This document shows positions 1 through 10,116 of a stretch of DNA of 64,000 bases, in pieces (within the stretch, counting starts at the first letter, position 1; every line of letters starts with the position of its first letter). The DNA comes from Candidatus Moraniibacteriota bacterium. Its GTDB lineage: Bacteria > Patescibacteriota > Minisyncoccia > Moranbacterales > UBA1568. The stretch spans positions 98,761-162,760 of the forward strand of contig JAQTRS010000001.1 in NCBI GenBank assembly GCA_028711705.1, read 5' to 3'. The position numbers and the translations under genes were made by a program. The notes beneath the pieces were generated by a model. That model saw only the letters and a program-made list of their open reading frames with translations, had not been told where the DNA came from and did no database searches.

Positions 1-319
1 ACCTGACAAAAAGATCAGAGGTAATGCTTGGCAGGAGAGATATTTGCCGATTTAAGGAACCGATATATTGATAGGAATCACTGAGCCTTTGGCTGGAGGA
101 ATGGAGGTTATTTTCAACCTGCATTCTCCTCATTTTTTCTTTTTTTATTTCCCGTTGATGCAGGAGATAGACGATATACCCGATACCTAAAAGAATTACC
201 GTTACCATCGATTGAGCGTACGCGCCGGGTACGAAAAAAATATGTCCGCTGATGAAATGAGGCTCAACAACAATCAAAAGAAGTAGTGCTGCGTAAATGA
301 TATTTGTCAGTCGAAACAT
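1..319 (-). CDS. Hypothetical membrane protein, runs off the left edge; last visible gene of the copper cluster
   Basis: Not in the ORF track. Hand translation from ATG at 319: MFRLTNIIYAALLLLIVVEPHFISG...VILLGIGYIVYLLHQREIKKEKMRR..., open to position 1, with two hydrophobic segments; starts 11 nt after the upstream stop at 331. Confidence 0.7.
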   Translation of the reverse strand, partial: MFRLTNIIYAALLLLIVVEPHFISGHIFFVPGAYAQSMVTVILLGIGYIVYLLHQREIKKEKMRRMQVENNLHSSSQRLSDSYQYIGSLNRQISLLPSITSDLFVR

Positions 320-330
320 AGCTTTAACGT

Positions 331-966
331 TCATACACTTTTTCGATGAGGAATAAAAGTGGGCGTTCGCTTGGCGTAATTTTCCCATTCCTCGCCGAAC
401 TCTTTTTTAGCCTCTTGCTCTTCGCTTTTGGCAAGGCGGATATACATCCACACGAGAATCGGAAACATAATCGCTGTGAGAAGCGTCGGCCATTGCAGGA
501 GGAAGCCAAGCATAATCAGTATGAAGCCGACATACTGCGGATGACGGATGCGTGCGTACGGACCGGTCATTGCCAGCGTGTGATTTTTTTGCGCCTTATA
601 CAGCGCCCCCCACGCATCGGCGAGAAGCGAGAAACCGTAAAAGATGAGGATATAGCTTGCGATATGGAACGGTCCGAAATGCGGATCGCCTCCCCACCCG
701 AAGAAATCCTCGAGGAGGTGGCCTGAGTTGTGAGAAAAGAAATCAATGCCCGGAAATGTGGTCGAGAGCCAGCCGGAAAAGAGATAGATCGTCAGTGGGA
801 ATCCATACATCTCAGTAAAGAGCGCCACGATAAATGCCGAGAAAGCGCCGAGCGATCGCCAATCCCGAGAAGTCTTCGGCTTCGTAAAACTGAAGGCAAA
901 AATGATGAAGATGAGCGAATTGATGATGACGAGCGGCCAGAGGCCGTAGGCGGATGATCCGTTCAT
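331..966 (-). CDS. Isoprenylcysteine carboxyl methyltransferase / PEMT-family membrane protein of copper-resistance islands
   Basis: Motifs ALFTEMYGFPLTIY, GPYARIRHPQY and C-terminal EE...FG..W..Y...TP.FIP. Confidence 0.85.
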   Translation of the reverse strand: MNGSSAYGLWPLVIINSLIFIIFAFSFTKPKTSRDWRSLGAFSAFIVALFTEMYGFPLTIYLFSGWLSTTFPGIDFFSHNSGHLLEDFFGWGGDPHFGPFHIASYILIFYGFSLLADAWGALYKAQKNHTLAMTGPYARIRHPQYVGFILIMLGFLLQWPTLLTAIMFPILVWMYIRLAKSEEQEAKKEFGEEWENYAKRTPTFIPHRKSV

Positions 967-975
967 ACGTATCTG

Positions 976-1236
976 TTAGTGATTATGACGCTGTTTCTCG
1001 GGACTGGCCTGACTGTCGTTTTCACTTGCGGAACCATGTCCGTGCCCGCCATGACCTCCGTGCATAAAAAGGTGCATCAGCGGACAGGCAAGCAAAATGA
1101 GGTACGGCAGAATCGATAGAATATGCGAGGTGTGATCCCTGAGAAGAGACACGAGACCAATAAAACCGATGACGAAAATAATGAGCCATGTCTTCTTTGA
1201 AAAGGTGCTTCCGTCGGGCGATTGAGAGTGCTCCAT
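976..1236 (-). CDS. DUF2933-family small membrane protein with His-rich tail
   Basis: LPYLILLACPLMHLFMHGGHGGH signature. Confidence 0.85.
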   Translation of the reverse strand: MEHSQSPDGSTFSKKTWLIIFVIGFIGLVSLLRDHTSHILSILPYLILLACPLMHLFMHGGHGGHGHGSASENDSQASPEKQRHNH

Positions 1237-1246
1237 ATGATTAAAA

Positions 1247-1516
1247 TTATTTTTGAATTACCAAACTTGAATTATGCATCCAGACGAAGTACCAGGCGAA
1301 TATCCAGGCAAAAACAAAGAAATAGATAGCTCCCAATACCACGCTTCCGGTATTGATCCATGTAAAACCGGGAAGAGTTTCGAAGAGCGTATGATGCAAT
1401 TCCGTTCCTCTGGCGGTGCGCAAAGGCAGAAGCCCGCCGATGAGACACACAGCATACGTTATTTCCGAGCCCAGAACACATTTCCAACCGTATTTTTGTA
1501 ATGATAGCTTCTCCAT
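1247..1516 (-). CDS. Small two-TM membrane protein (DUF5676-like)
   Basis: Y..C, LHH..F..LPGF.W pattern, typical of copper-cluster small membrane proteins. Confidence 0.65.
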   Translation of the reverse strand: MEKLSLQKYGWKCVLGSEITYAVCLIGGLLPLRTARGTELHHTLFETLPGFTWINTGSVVLGAIYFFVFAWIFAWYFVWMHNSSLVIQK

Positions 1517-1549
1517 AGATGTAAAAATAGTTGATTACCTGCGTTTATT

Positions 1550-2071
1550 TTACTCAATAATTATCACTCCGGTCATATCGATATGTCGGTCACCGCAAAA
1601 GGTCGAGCAAAGAAACTCAAAGCGACCTTTTTTACTCGCAACGAATTCAACCGTCTTCGTCTCCCCTACCGGAATATCGGTATTATCGATACCAAGACCG
1701 GGGATGACAATTCCGTGCAAGACATCCTCGCTTGTGATCTTGAGTCGTACCGTGTCGCCCTGCTTGACTTTGATAGTTGCCGGCTCCCATGCGAACTGTC
1801 GCCCAATCATGGCAAACTCTTTCACAATTCCTGTATTCCCCTTCTCTGTTTTTTGAGTCACATCCGGTACGCTCTTATCGATGGTTTTTTCAACAGCGGA
1901 CGCGGGCATCTCGGGTTTCATTACTTGCATCTCGGTGTTTTTTGATGGCTCTACCGGCATCGCTTCTTGCGTGTTTTGCGTATCTTTTTTCTGTGAATCG
2001 GTATATACAAACCAAGCGATTCCTTCAAGGATAACCAAGAAAAATAATGCTAACAATAAACCTTTTACCAT
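1550..2071 (-). CDS. Membrane-anchored cupredoxin with CuA-type site (COX2 C-terminal-like)
   Basis: N-terminal TM, DVLHG and CSTFCGDRHIDM (H...CxxxCxxxHxxM). Confidence 0.85.
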   Translation of the reverse strand: MVKGLLLALFFLVILEGIAWFVYTDSQKKDTQNTQEAMPVEPSKNTEMQVMKPEMPASAVEKTIDKSVPDVTQKTEKGNTGIVKEFAMIGRQFAWEPATIKVKQGDTVRLKITSEDVLHGIVIPGLGIDNTDIPVGETKTVEFVASKKGRFEFLCSTFCGDRHIDMTGVIIIE

Positions 2072-2090
2072 ATCTCCCGCTTTAAAGAAA

Positions 2091-2504
2091 CTATTTATCG
2101 TCTAACAAGACTTCAAGTACTTTCACTATATGTTTATCCGCCTCATCGGCAGCATCTTCAAGCGCGGCATTTCCCGTCACGCCAAGCATCAGTTTCGGTT
2201 GTTGTGCGGAGACGATGGTCTCGTCGCCATTTCGATACACGATAACATTGCACGGCAGCATCAAACCGATTTCCTGCTCTGATTCGAGTGCCTGAAACGC
2301 AAGCGTCGGATTACACATGCCTAAAATGACATACTCATCCATTTCTTTTCCCAACTTCTCTTTCATTTTTTCTTTCATATTGATTTCCGAAAGCACACCA
2401 AAACCTTCGACCGCAAAAGCGCCCTTCACCGCCTCAACTGCCTGCGAAAAAGCGCCAGGGAGTTGTATCGAATAGCCATACTTCGTGGTAGATATTTTTT
2501 GCAT
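2091..2504 (-). CDS. DUF302-family protein
   Basis: GFGVLSEIN, ILGMCNP, IGLMLPCNVIVY; start moved to ATG 2504 to avoid overlap with the upstream gene. Confidence 0.85.
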   Translation of the reverse strand: MQKISTTKYGYSIQLPGAFSQAVEAVKGAFAVEGFGVLSEINMKEKMKEKLGKEMDEYVILGMCNPTLAFQALESEQEIGLMLPCNVIVYRNGDETIVSAQQPKLMLGVTGNAALEDAADEADKHIVKVLEVLLDDK

Positions 2505-2520
2505 AATGTTTTTTACCCAT

Positions 2521-2745
2521 TTACCTTTCAAGCATTTTTTTCTTTTCCTCAAATTCTTCTTTGGATATTTCCCCTTTCGCGTAGCGCTCTTCAAGGATAT
2601 TCAATGCCGAGTGGCTCTTTGTTTCTCCTCCCTGTCTTATCGCCCATTGGATGAACACGATAATAGCCCAGATAATAAGCACCCAAAAAGCGAGCATGAT
2701 CACCCACCCGAAACCGGATCCATAGTAATTCCAATTGCCCATCAT
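2521..2745 (-). CDS. SHOCT-domain small membrane protein
   Basis: TM helix then ALNILEERYAKGEISKEEF; SD AAGGAGGTGA 5 nt upstream of ATG 2745. Confidence 0.85.
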   Translation of the reverse strand: MMGNWNYYGSGFGWVIMLAFWVLIIWAIIVFIQWAIRQGGETKSHSALNILEERYAKGEISKEEFEEKKKMLER

Positions 2746-2791
2746 AGTAATCACCTCCTTTCTGCTTATGTGTACTGCACAAAATAATAAT

Positions 2792-4432
2792 CTATTCCAC
2801 TGTGAACGGAATCATCATACCGCTCTCGGCATGTTCGAGGATGTGACAGTGCGCCATCCATACACCGGGATTGGACGTTTCAAGGAGAATGTCGACCGTG
2901 TCACCCTTCAAGATGAGCGTCGTGTCCTGCCAGACGGGGTTATCGTTTTTCACCCCATTGGTCGAGAGCACCAAAAACCGCTGCCCGTGAAAGTGTATCG
3001 GATGCTGCATCGGATGCGCTGACTTCGGATCATTGAAAATCCGTATCTTCACTTTATCCCCCACTTTGAATTTCCAATCCTTCACATCCATATTGGATTT
3101 TTTGGTCGCATCATCCGTAAGCCTCCAGGTCATCATCTTCGCCGTCGTCTGCGAGTTCATCGCGCTCATCGTATCTTCCCACTCGATAGCGTCGCCATCA
3201 TCGCCCATGCCCATATCTGCGCCGGACATCATCGAGCCATTACTCATCATATGCCCGCCTCCCATATGTCCTCCGCCAGCGCTATTCATCATGCCTTGTG
3301 CCGCACCGCTCATATCGAGTTCAAGGCTGAGTTTTTTGTCAGGCGCCTTGCTCAGATAGGTATCCATCAAAGCGTTCGTTTCTTCGCCAACGGACGCATT
3401 GTGTCGCAACGTATTGAATTCTTGCGCATAACTTGTCGTGACATTCTCATCCGAAACGGCAATTGTCTCAAGAGTATGGCTCTTTCCTGGGGTCTTATGT
3501 ATCAGTTGATACGCACCCGCTTTTTCAAACAACACGTCCACGACGCGTCGCTCACCGGGAGCGATCATAACTTCGTCCGTGAATTTTTCCTGCGCGTATC
3601 GTCCCAGATCAGCTCCAACCAGTTTCATCTTGGCACCGGGGATAGCGACATTGAAAACACGGGTATTGGCCGCATTGGTGAAATAGAGACGTACGACCTC
3701 ACCTTGTTTCGCGTTCGGCCTAAACCCCGTCTCCCCATTCGTAAACATGACATTTCCAAATCGTCCCATCAAGGTATGGTCCGTCGTATCCTTTGAGAAT
3801 GGAAGCAATCCGCTTTTGTCCATGGCGATATCATCGAGTATGATCGGCACCTCCCGATTGGCTGGCAACCAATAGGCGGTGTCGGTCGGTGTCACGATGT
3901 AATTGCCATACAGACCGGATTCCAAGGTATAGTCTGTTCGTACATGCGGATGATACCAAAACACCCCCGCATCTGGAAACTTCAGTTTATACTCGAATGT
4001 CTCGCCTGGCTCGATAGCTTTTTGCGTCACATCAGGCACGCCATCAAACGCGTTCTCCATACGGACACCATGCGAATGTAAAGTCGTCGCTATATCCCCG
4101 TTATTCGTGAGTCGCACGGTAATCTGAGCACCTTGCGGGATACGCAGTGCCGGTCCCGGAACAGATCCGTTATACCCAAGCATCCTGACCCATTGACCAT
4201 TGATATTTTTCTTGACTGGCGTGATGCTCATATCAAACACATCGCCATCCTGAAGCGCTACCGGTTCGGATTCGAAAGGTTTCGCTTCGGGAAGATTCGC
4301 AATGTCTTGAGCTATCGGAATTTGAACTCGAGTAAAATCCGATAGATTGATCTTGTTGTTTCGAAGAAGGAAGATATTGACGGCAACCGCTATAATAATG
4401 AGGACGGCTCCTATTTTAAGAATTGTTGTCAT
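2792..4432 (-). CDS. Multicopper oxidase (CueO/Mco-like) with Met/His-rich insert
   Basis: Four MCO motifs HSHG, WYHPH, HPIHFHG, HCHILEHAESGM; Met-rich loop GMMNSAGGGHMGGGHMM. Confidence 0.95.
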   Translation of the reverse strand: MTTILKIGAVLIIIAVAVNIFLLRNNKINLSDFTRVQIPIAQDIANLPEAKPFESEPVALQDGDVFDMSITPVKKNINGQWVRMLGYNGSVPGPALRIPQGAQITVRLTNNGDIATTLHSHGVRMENAFDGVPDVTQKAIEPGETFEYKLKFPDAGVFWYHPHVRTDYTLESGLYGNYIVTPTDTAYWLPANREVPIILDDIAMDKSGLLPFSKDTTDHTLMGRFGNVMFTNGETGFRPNAKQGEVVRLYFTNAANTRVFNVAIPGAKMKLVGADLGRYAQEKFTDEVMIAPGERRVVDVLFEKAGAYQLIHKTPGKSHTLETIAVSDENVTTSYAQEFNTLRHNASVGEETNALMDTYLSKAPDKKLSLELDMSGAAQGMMNSAGGGHMGGGHMMSNGSMMSGADMGMGDDGDAIEWEDTMSAMNSQTTAKMMTWRLTDDATKKSNMDVKDWKFKVGDKVKIRIFNDPKSAHPMQHPIHFHGQRFLVLSTNGVKNDNPVWQDTTLILKGDTVDILLETSNPGVWMAHCHILEHAESGMMIPFTVE

Positions 4433-4446
4433 AAATATTTTATTTA

Positions 4447-7400
4447 TTATTTAGCTTGAGGCTCGTCTTGCTGAATTATATCTTGATTCACCGGTTTACC
4501 CAAAGCCTGAGTCTCCATTCCTGAACTGAACTTTGCAAATTCGAAGAACCCGAATGTGAATACTGCCATCATTATGAGCGGTGCGACCAAGGATATATAG
4601 TTTCGCTTACCCGGCCTGAAAATCCTGAGCAAAAGAGAGTTACCCACAACGGAAATAGAACTCATCGCCATCGCCAGTCCTGCCAATTCCGGCTTAAGGA
4701 CAAGCCCGAATACGAAGAAGACGCGGGCGGCGATCGGAATCCCGATCACGTTATAGAACAGGGCGAAGAACATATTCTGACGTATCTTGCCCATAGTCTC
4801 TTTGGAGAGCTGAAACGAGGTCACCACATCATTAAGATCGCTCTTCATGATAACGATATCCCCCGCTTCCATAGCAACATCCGTTCCGGAGCCCATTGCG
4901 ATTCCCACATTGGCCTGAGCCAGCGCGGGTGCATCATTGATACCATCGCCGACCATCGCTACCTTTTTGCCGAGTGCTTGGATTTTTTTGACTTCATTGG
5001 CCTTATCTTCCGGCAATACCTCTGCCAAAATATTGGTGATCCCCACTTGTTTGGCGATCGCCTTGGCGGTGCGTTCATTATCTCCCGTAATCATCCATAC
5101 CTCGATGCCCATTTTTTGCAATTTGGCAACCGCTTCTCGCGACGTTTCTTTGACCGTATCGGCAACGGCGATCGTGCCGACCAAACCCTCCTTGGTTGCC
5201 AAAAGCATCGCTGTCTTCCCCTGTTCTTCAAGGCGAGACATTTTTCGATCGATCTTATTGATTGCCAAGCCAAGCGTCTCCGTCATGAGCTTTCGATTCC
5301 CGAAATAATACGTCGTGCCATTCACTTCACCCTGTACGCCGTGCCCCGGGATGGCATTGAAATTATGCACTTCTTCCAGATCGATCAGCTCCTCTTGAGC
5401 GTAGGTATAGATAGCCTCGGCCAACGGATGCTCCGAAAGTTTTTCCAGACTTGCCGCGATAGCCATGATTTCATCTTCATCCATGGCACAAAATGAAACA
5501 ACATCCGTCACTTCCGGTTTTCCATTGGTCAGTGTTCCGGTCTTATCGAAGATGACCGCGGAAATATTGCTGGCGGCTTCCAGCGCTTCGCCGCCCTTTA
5601 CCAAGATTCCGTATTCGGCACCCTTGCCTGTTCCCACCATAAGCGATGTCGGGGTTGCCAGTCCTAAAGCGCATGGACAGGCGATGACAATCACCGACGT
5701 AAACGCCATAAGCGCAAATGCAAGCGTCGAACCAAGAATGACATACCACACGAAAAACGTGATGATGGCGAGTCCGATAACCGCAGGTACAAACCATGCG
5801 GAAATATTATCCGCAAAATTCTGAATCGGCGCTTTGGAACCTTGGGCATCCTCGATGAGGCGGATGATCTGCGCCAGCGCGGTTTCACTCCCGATTTTCG
5901 TCGCCTCGAATTCAAAGCTGCCTGTCTTGTTCACCGTTCCACCGATCACACTGTCACCGACGTGTTTTTCAATCGGCAGACTTTCTCCGGTAATCATGGA
6001 TTCATCCACAGTGGATGATCCCTTAGTAATCTTTCCATCCACGGGAATCTTTTCTCCCGGGCGAACAAGGATGATATCGCCATGAACGACGCTCTCGATA
6101 GCAATATCGAGAGTCTTTCCGTCGCGTAGCACACGTGCGGTCTTCGCTTGAAGCCCCATGAGCTTCTTGATCGCATCGGACGTCTTGCCTTTCGTTCTGA
6201 TTTCGAGCCACTTACCCAAAATGACAAAAGTGATCAGGTACGCGGCCGTTTCAAAGTAGAGGTCGGGAATCTTCATGCCGCCCACGCCGATCAATGCATC
6301 GTTCGCCAGGACATAGGCAACATAGTTGTACAGGCTGTAGAAAAATGCCGTGCTCGTACCGATAGCTATCAGGCTATCCATATTGAACGTTTTCATCTTG
6401 AGCGCCGACCACATACCCTTGTAAAATCCCGCTCCGATAATGAACTGTATCGGTATGGTCAGGAGGAGAGAAAAAACGCCGATATATGGAGCAAATGCCG
6501 TTTCTCCGGGAAGCCACTTGAAAAAATCCAGTAACATAAAATACAGCATCGGCAAACTCAGGATGAAACTGAACATGAATTTGCTGAAGTACGAAGAAAT
6601 TTCCTTCTCGCGTTTTCGTGTCTCATATTCCGTATCCTTCGCATCCACTTCCTCTCCGCGATATCCCACTTTTGCAATCGCATCGATAAGCGCCTTCGTA
6701 TCCGAAACGCCCCCGTCGAAAAGGATAGAAGCTTTTTCAGCGGAAAAATTAACGTTCGCTTGTTTGACACCGGGAACCTTCTTGAGCTGCCGTTCGATGA
6801 TGTTTGCGCACGAAGAACAATGCATCCCGAAGAGCGATAGGCTCACGCGCTTGTTCGAGGAGTCTGGAGCAGCACTATTCGTAGCATCTGACACCATTTT
6901 GTTCTCAGAAGCGGCCGCTATGCTGTGTTGTGACAGAGTATTGTTCTGATCACCGCCAACAACCGCATCGAACAGATGCGAAAGGTTTGTCGCATTCACG
7001 AGCTGATCGACAAACCCGCGGGCTTGCATATCACCCTGAGGAATATCGAATTCCGCACTCCGATTATTCTTGATCTTACCCTCGAAATACGGTCGTCCGT
7101 CGGGTCCTTCGAGCACTTTTCCTTCTGCCTCGATCTTCGATTCAAGTTTCATGGTCATCGATGTATCATTCGCTACCGTGTTTTCGATAACCGTGATGTC
7201 CGATTTCTCCGGGGATACATCAGACGCTACCGTTTCTTCATCCGTAATCATAGCATCATATCCGGCGCGTTTCACCGCATCGATCACATCCTGTCGAGAA
7301 TTCATATCACTCTCCAGAGTCAGCGCTCCCGTACCGAAATTCGCATCAACAGTAACATCGCTCACACCGGGAAGCTCGCTCAATTCTTCTTTCGTAAGCA

Positions 7401-7461
7401 CTTCGCAAGATGCGCAGTGCATTCCGGTAATCCGTAGTCGTATTCTTTCTTTCATAGGCAT
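4447..7461 (-). CDS. copA: Cu(I)-exporting P1B-type ATPase with two N-terminal HMA domains
   Basis: GMHCASC and GMHCSSC, TGES, CPC, DKTGT, SEHP, GDGIND, YN and MAMSS. Confidence 0.95.
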   Translation of the reverse strand: MPMKERIRLRITGMHCASCEVLTKEELSELPGVSDVTVDANFGTGALTLESDMNSRQDVIDAVKRAGYDAMITDEETVASDVSPEKSDITVIENTVANDTSMTMKLESKIEAEGKVLEGPDGRPYFEGKIKNNRSAEFDIPQGDMQARGFVDQLVNATNLSHLFDAVVGGDQNNTLSQHSIAAASENKMVSDATNSAAPDSSNKRVSLSLFGMHCSSCANIIERQLKKVPGVKQANVNFSAEKASILFDGGVSDTKALIDAIAKVGYRGEEVDAKDTEYETRKREKEISSYFSKFMFSFILSLPMLYFMLLDFFKWLPGETAFAPYIGVFSLLLTIPIQFIIGAGFYKGMWSALKMKTFNMDSLIAIGTSTAFFYSLYNYVAYVLANDALIGVGGMKIPDLYFETAAYLITFVILGKWLEIRTKGKTSDAIKKLMGLQAKTARVLRDGKTLDIAIESVVHGDIILVRPGEKIPVDGKITKGSSTVDESMITGESLPIEKHVGDSVIGGTVNKTGSFEFEATKIGSETALAQIIRLIEDAQGSKAPIQNFADNISAWFVPAVIGLAIITFFVWYVILGSTLAFALMAFTSVIVIACPCALGLATPTSLMVGTGKGAEYGILVKGGEALEAASNISAVIFDKTGTLTNGKPEVTDVVSFCAMDEDEIMAIAASLEKLSEHPLAEAIYTYAQEELIDLEEVHNFNAIPGHGVQGEVNGTTYYFGNRKLMTETLGLAINKIDRKMSRLEEQGKTAMLLATKEGLVGTIAVADTVKETSREAVAKLQKMGIEVWMITGDNERTAKAIAKQVGITNILAEVLPEDKANEVKKIQALGKKVAMVGDGINDAPALAQANVGIAMGSGTDVAMEAGDIVIMKSDLNDVVTSFQLSKETMGKIRQNMFFALFYNVIGIPIAARVFFVFGLVLKPELAGLAMAMSSISVVGNSLLLRIFRPGKRNYISLVAPLIMMAVFTFGFFEFAKFSSGMETQALGKPVNQDIIQQDEPQAK

Positions 7462-7487
7462 TCTTTAGAATTAATTTCATCGAATAG

Positions 7488-7694
7488 TCAGATGGATGTC
7501 ACCGTATAACCAAGTCCGTCCAATGCTTCGGATATTTCATCACGTGCAATGACTCGACTGGCGCATACTTTGGATGCTCCATCCGGCTGGATGGTTACCT
7601 CGGTCACGTAGCTAATCTTCTTGATTTTCAGAGTTGATAATTTGACGCAGGCTTCGCAATGAAAACCGTTGATTTTGAATGTTGTTTCGTTCAT
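7488..7694 (-). CDS. copZ: Copper chaperone, single HMA domain (CopZ-like)
   Basis: 68 aa with GFHCEAC, directly upstream of copA. Confidence 0.75.
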   Translation of the reverse strand: MNETTFKINGFHCEACVKLSTLKIKKISYVTEVTIQPDGASKVCASRVIARDEISEALDGLGYTVTSI

Positions 7695-7721
7695 ACGTAT
7701 TCTTTCAGAATAAAAAGTTGG

Positions 7722-9134
7722 TTATTCCACGATAAATGCTCCGGTATACATTCCCATCGCGCATGAGAACGGAATTTTTCCGGTTTTTTTAGGCGTGAAC
7801 TCGATGATGTTTTCACCCGCCTTCAAGGTTTTTTGAATTTTCAAACTCGAAACCACAATGCTGCTCGCGCAAGAATACGGATCATTGGCGGTAATCACCC
7901 ATTTCACAGGAACGTCCTTTTTGATCGTAAACTTATCGGGCGTATAGCCACGAGAACTTTCGGTCATCGTCACTACCTGCACGCCGTTCGCCAGCTTCAC
8001 ATTCGCATCATTAACCGGAACACTCTTAGGCGTGCTCTTAAGAGCACCCGACGTGCTGCTGACAACACTGGATGACCTATTGCTATTCGCATCCGATCCC
8101 CACTCCCATCCTGTCAGATTGTATCCATTGTTGATATTGAATACGGCTAAAAGAATCACTACGATGCCGGCGAACTTAAAGAATCGCTGCGCGAAAATTC
8201 CTTTTATGATCGAGGTGAGGCCGCCCACGCCGAGCAATCCCGGAGCCGTTCCCAGTGCGAATATTCCCATAATGAGCGCTCCTTGAGTGAAGCTTCCCGT
8301 ACTGATCGCATAGAGCTGCATCGCCTGCGTAAATCCGCATGGCAGGAAAAAGGTGAGCGCGCCCGTAATCATCGAGCCTTGATGCGAGTATTCTTTCTCA
8401 TGATGCTTTTTGATGCCGAAAAACCTGCTGATTCCTTTCGGCAAAGTAATGCCGGCATGTTCCATGCGGGGAAATATTCCCGTGAGTTTCATACCAAGCG
8501 TGAGCATCACCACGCCCACGATGATAGTGAGTAATCCCAAGGTACTTCCGGAAAGTTGTAGCACGGATCCAAGCGAACCCAATATGCCACCCAGAAGCGC
8601 ATACCCTCCGATTCTTCCGAGATTGAAAAACAGATGCGGTCTGAATTTTTGCATGGATGTTGCCTCGGGGTGGAGCTCCGCATGCCTCGCAGAAATACCC
8701 AGGATCAAACCGCCGACAAGCGCCATGCAGGTGGAGAGACCGGCGGTCAATCCCACAAGAAACACGACCGGCAAACCTGACGGGTTGGAGACCGATCCGA
8801 TATTGATGCTCGTAATACCGAGGTTTCTTAGCAGCAGATAGATACCGATAAGAAACAAAAAGGCGACGCCCAAGTCTTTATACTCTTCCGGGTCCTTACT
8901 CAAGAAAGGTTTTTTCGTGCCTGTGCCTACGGTATATCCCGCTTCTCTGATAGCTGTCTCAATGACATGGGTATCCGGCTTTTTTGTTCCGTAGTAAACT
9001 TCGACAGTCCCCTTTTTATACTTCACGACTGTTTTGTGAATACCAGGAATCCGAGTCAGGGCGTCTTCGATTAAGAGTTCGCACGAACGGCAATGCATGC
9101 CATTGATAGATAGGGTGAATTTGTTTTTTTCCAT
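7722..9134 (-). CDS. HMA + DsbD_2/TauE-like membrane domain + C-terminal cupredoxin fusion
   Basis: GMHCRSC; STCMALVGG; FFLPCGFTQAMQ; C-terminal FSCAMGMY. Confidence 0.9.
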   Translation of the reverse strand: MEKNKFTLSINGMHCRSCELLIEDALTRIPGIHKTVVKYKKGTVEVYYGTKKPDTHVIETAIREAGYTVGTGTKKPFLSKDPEEYKDLGVAFLFLIGIYLLLRNLGITSINIGSVSNPSGLPVVFLVGLTAGLSTCMALVGGLILGISARHAELHPEATSMQKFRPHLFFNLGRIGGYALLGGILGSLGSVLQLSGSTLGLLTIIVGVVMLTLGMKLTGIFPRMEHAGITLPKGISRFFGIKKHHEKEYSHQGSMITGALTFFLPCGFTQAMQLYAISTGSFTQGALIMGIFALGTAPGLLGVGGLTSIIKGIFAQRFFKFAGIVVILLAVFNINNGYNLTGWEWGSDANSNRSSSVVSSTSGALKSTPKSVPVNDANVKLANGVQVVTMTESSRGYTPDKFTIKKDVPVKWVITANDPYSCASSIVVSSLKIQKTLKAGENIIEFTPKKTGKIPFSCAMGMYTGAFIVE

Positions 9135-9237
9135 AATTACGCTGCTGTTATAAAGTTATCGCCTCAGAATCAACGTCATTCTGAAGTACGTAAGAGCACC
9201 CTTTCCTTCGATAAAGACGGGTGTATAACAGCAGAGA

Positions 9238-9636
9238 CTACTCTTTTTTAATCACCGAAAACAAGTTATCGATTCGCGGCGGAGGCAAATATGATGCGAT
9301 ATGCACAGCATCCCCGGCAAAGGGCGCTCGTTCAGAAAATGTATCCGCTACGGTAATGTCGGGCGCTGAAAATTTGAGCGTATTCTTTGTTGAAGATACA
9401 GTCGTGGCATCAATAATGCGTCCCGATGTATTGGTATGGCATTGTTTTGCACTCTTTTCGTGTGCGGTATAAGAATCAATCGTCGTTGTATTGCCATCAA
9501 GCATTTTATAATGGATCGGCGTGTCATGAGAGGCTTCCGATGCGAAAGCACTCGATCCGCAACAAAAACCTCCCGCGATAGCAAGAAATGTTGCAACCAA
9601 GAGAGAGGCTATAATTTTCTTTCGAAAGAAATTCAT
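9238..9636 (-). CDS. Exported leader protein with Cys/His residues and a C-terminal PPP motif (CruR/CutF/DUF2946-like analogue)
   Basis: Signal-peptide-like N-terminus, FCC, QCH, C-terminal HIASYLPPPRIDNLFSVIKKE; first gene ahead of the copper operon. Confidence 0.6.
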   Translation of the reverse strand: MNFFRKKIIASLLVATFLAIAGGFCCGSSAFASEASHDTPIHYKMLDGNTTTIDSYTAHEKSAKQCHTNTSGRIIDATTVSSTKNTLKFSAPDITVADTFSERAPFAGDAVHIASYLPPPRIDNLFSVIKKE

Positions 9637-9714
9637 ATGCTTTTATAATACCATGTATCGTCCAGGATTGCTGCGAGCCGCCAAGGCGGGGCAAATCTCA
9701 CCCGTAATGACACG

Positions 9715-9987
9715 CTAATTCGATAGATTATATATCTTCAAAAGTTCCTCGATCGCTTTCTCTTTGTCCTCCGCCATCTGGTGTGCGACGCAGGTATCAA
9801 GGTGCCCCGCAAGCAATTCCCGCTTGGTTGTTTTGAGCAAACCGATCACGCTGTCGATCTGCTGGATCACCTCCGGGCAATACCTCCCCGCACCGATCAT
9901 CTCGGTTATTTTCCCCAGCGTCCCCTGCGCCTGCTTGGCACACTTCTGCGCCTTGAGTTTCTTTTCTGATAACACTTTTTTCTCCAT
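9715..9987 (-). CDS. csoR: CsoR/RcnR-family copper-sensing repressor
   Basis: YCPEVIQQ...GHLDTC (C-H-C Cu ligand set), 90 aa, heads the copper cluster. Confidence 0.85.
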   Translation of the reverse strand: MEKKVLSEKKLKAQKCAKQAQGTLGKITEMIGAGRYCPEVIQQIDSVIGLLKTTKRELLAGHLDTCVAHQMAEDKEKAIEELLKIYNLSN

Positions 9988-10007
9988 ATATGCATGCGTA
10001 TTAATAC

Positions 10008-10050
10008 TAACCTCCTACCTACAGTATAGGTTATATGCAAACGGTGTCAA
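10008..10050 (-). promoter_or_regulatory. Sigma70 promoter of csoR overlapped by an imperfect palindrome (candidate CsoR operator)
   Basis: TTGACA (10050-10045), 16 nt, TATACT (10028-10023); TAACCTATAC...GTAGGAGGTTA dyad at 10008-10033 covers the -10 box. Confidence 0.55.
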
Positions 10051-10116
10051 ATAGGTACTAAAAAACGCCGCGAACGACGCAGTTTAGCGTATGAAAATAT
10101 GGAGATGAGCGATTCT

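Noticed and set aside
9668-9702. GC-rich hairpin CCGCC-AA-GGCGG between csoR and the leader gene as a regulator site
   Set aside because: Looks like a degenerate REP-type remnant; too short to assign a function.
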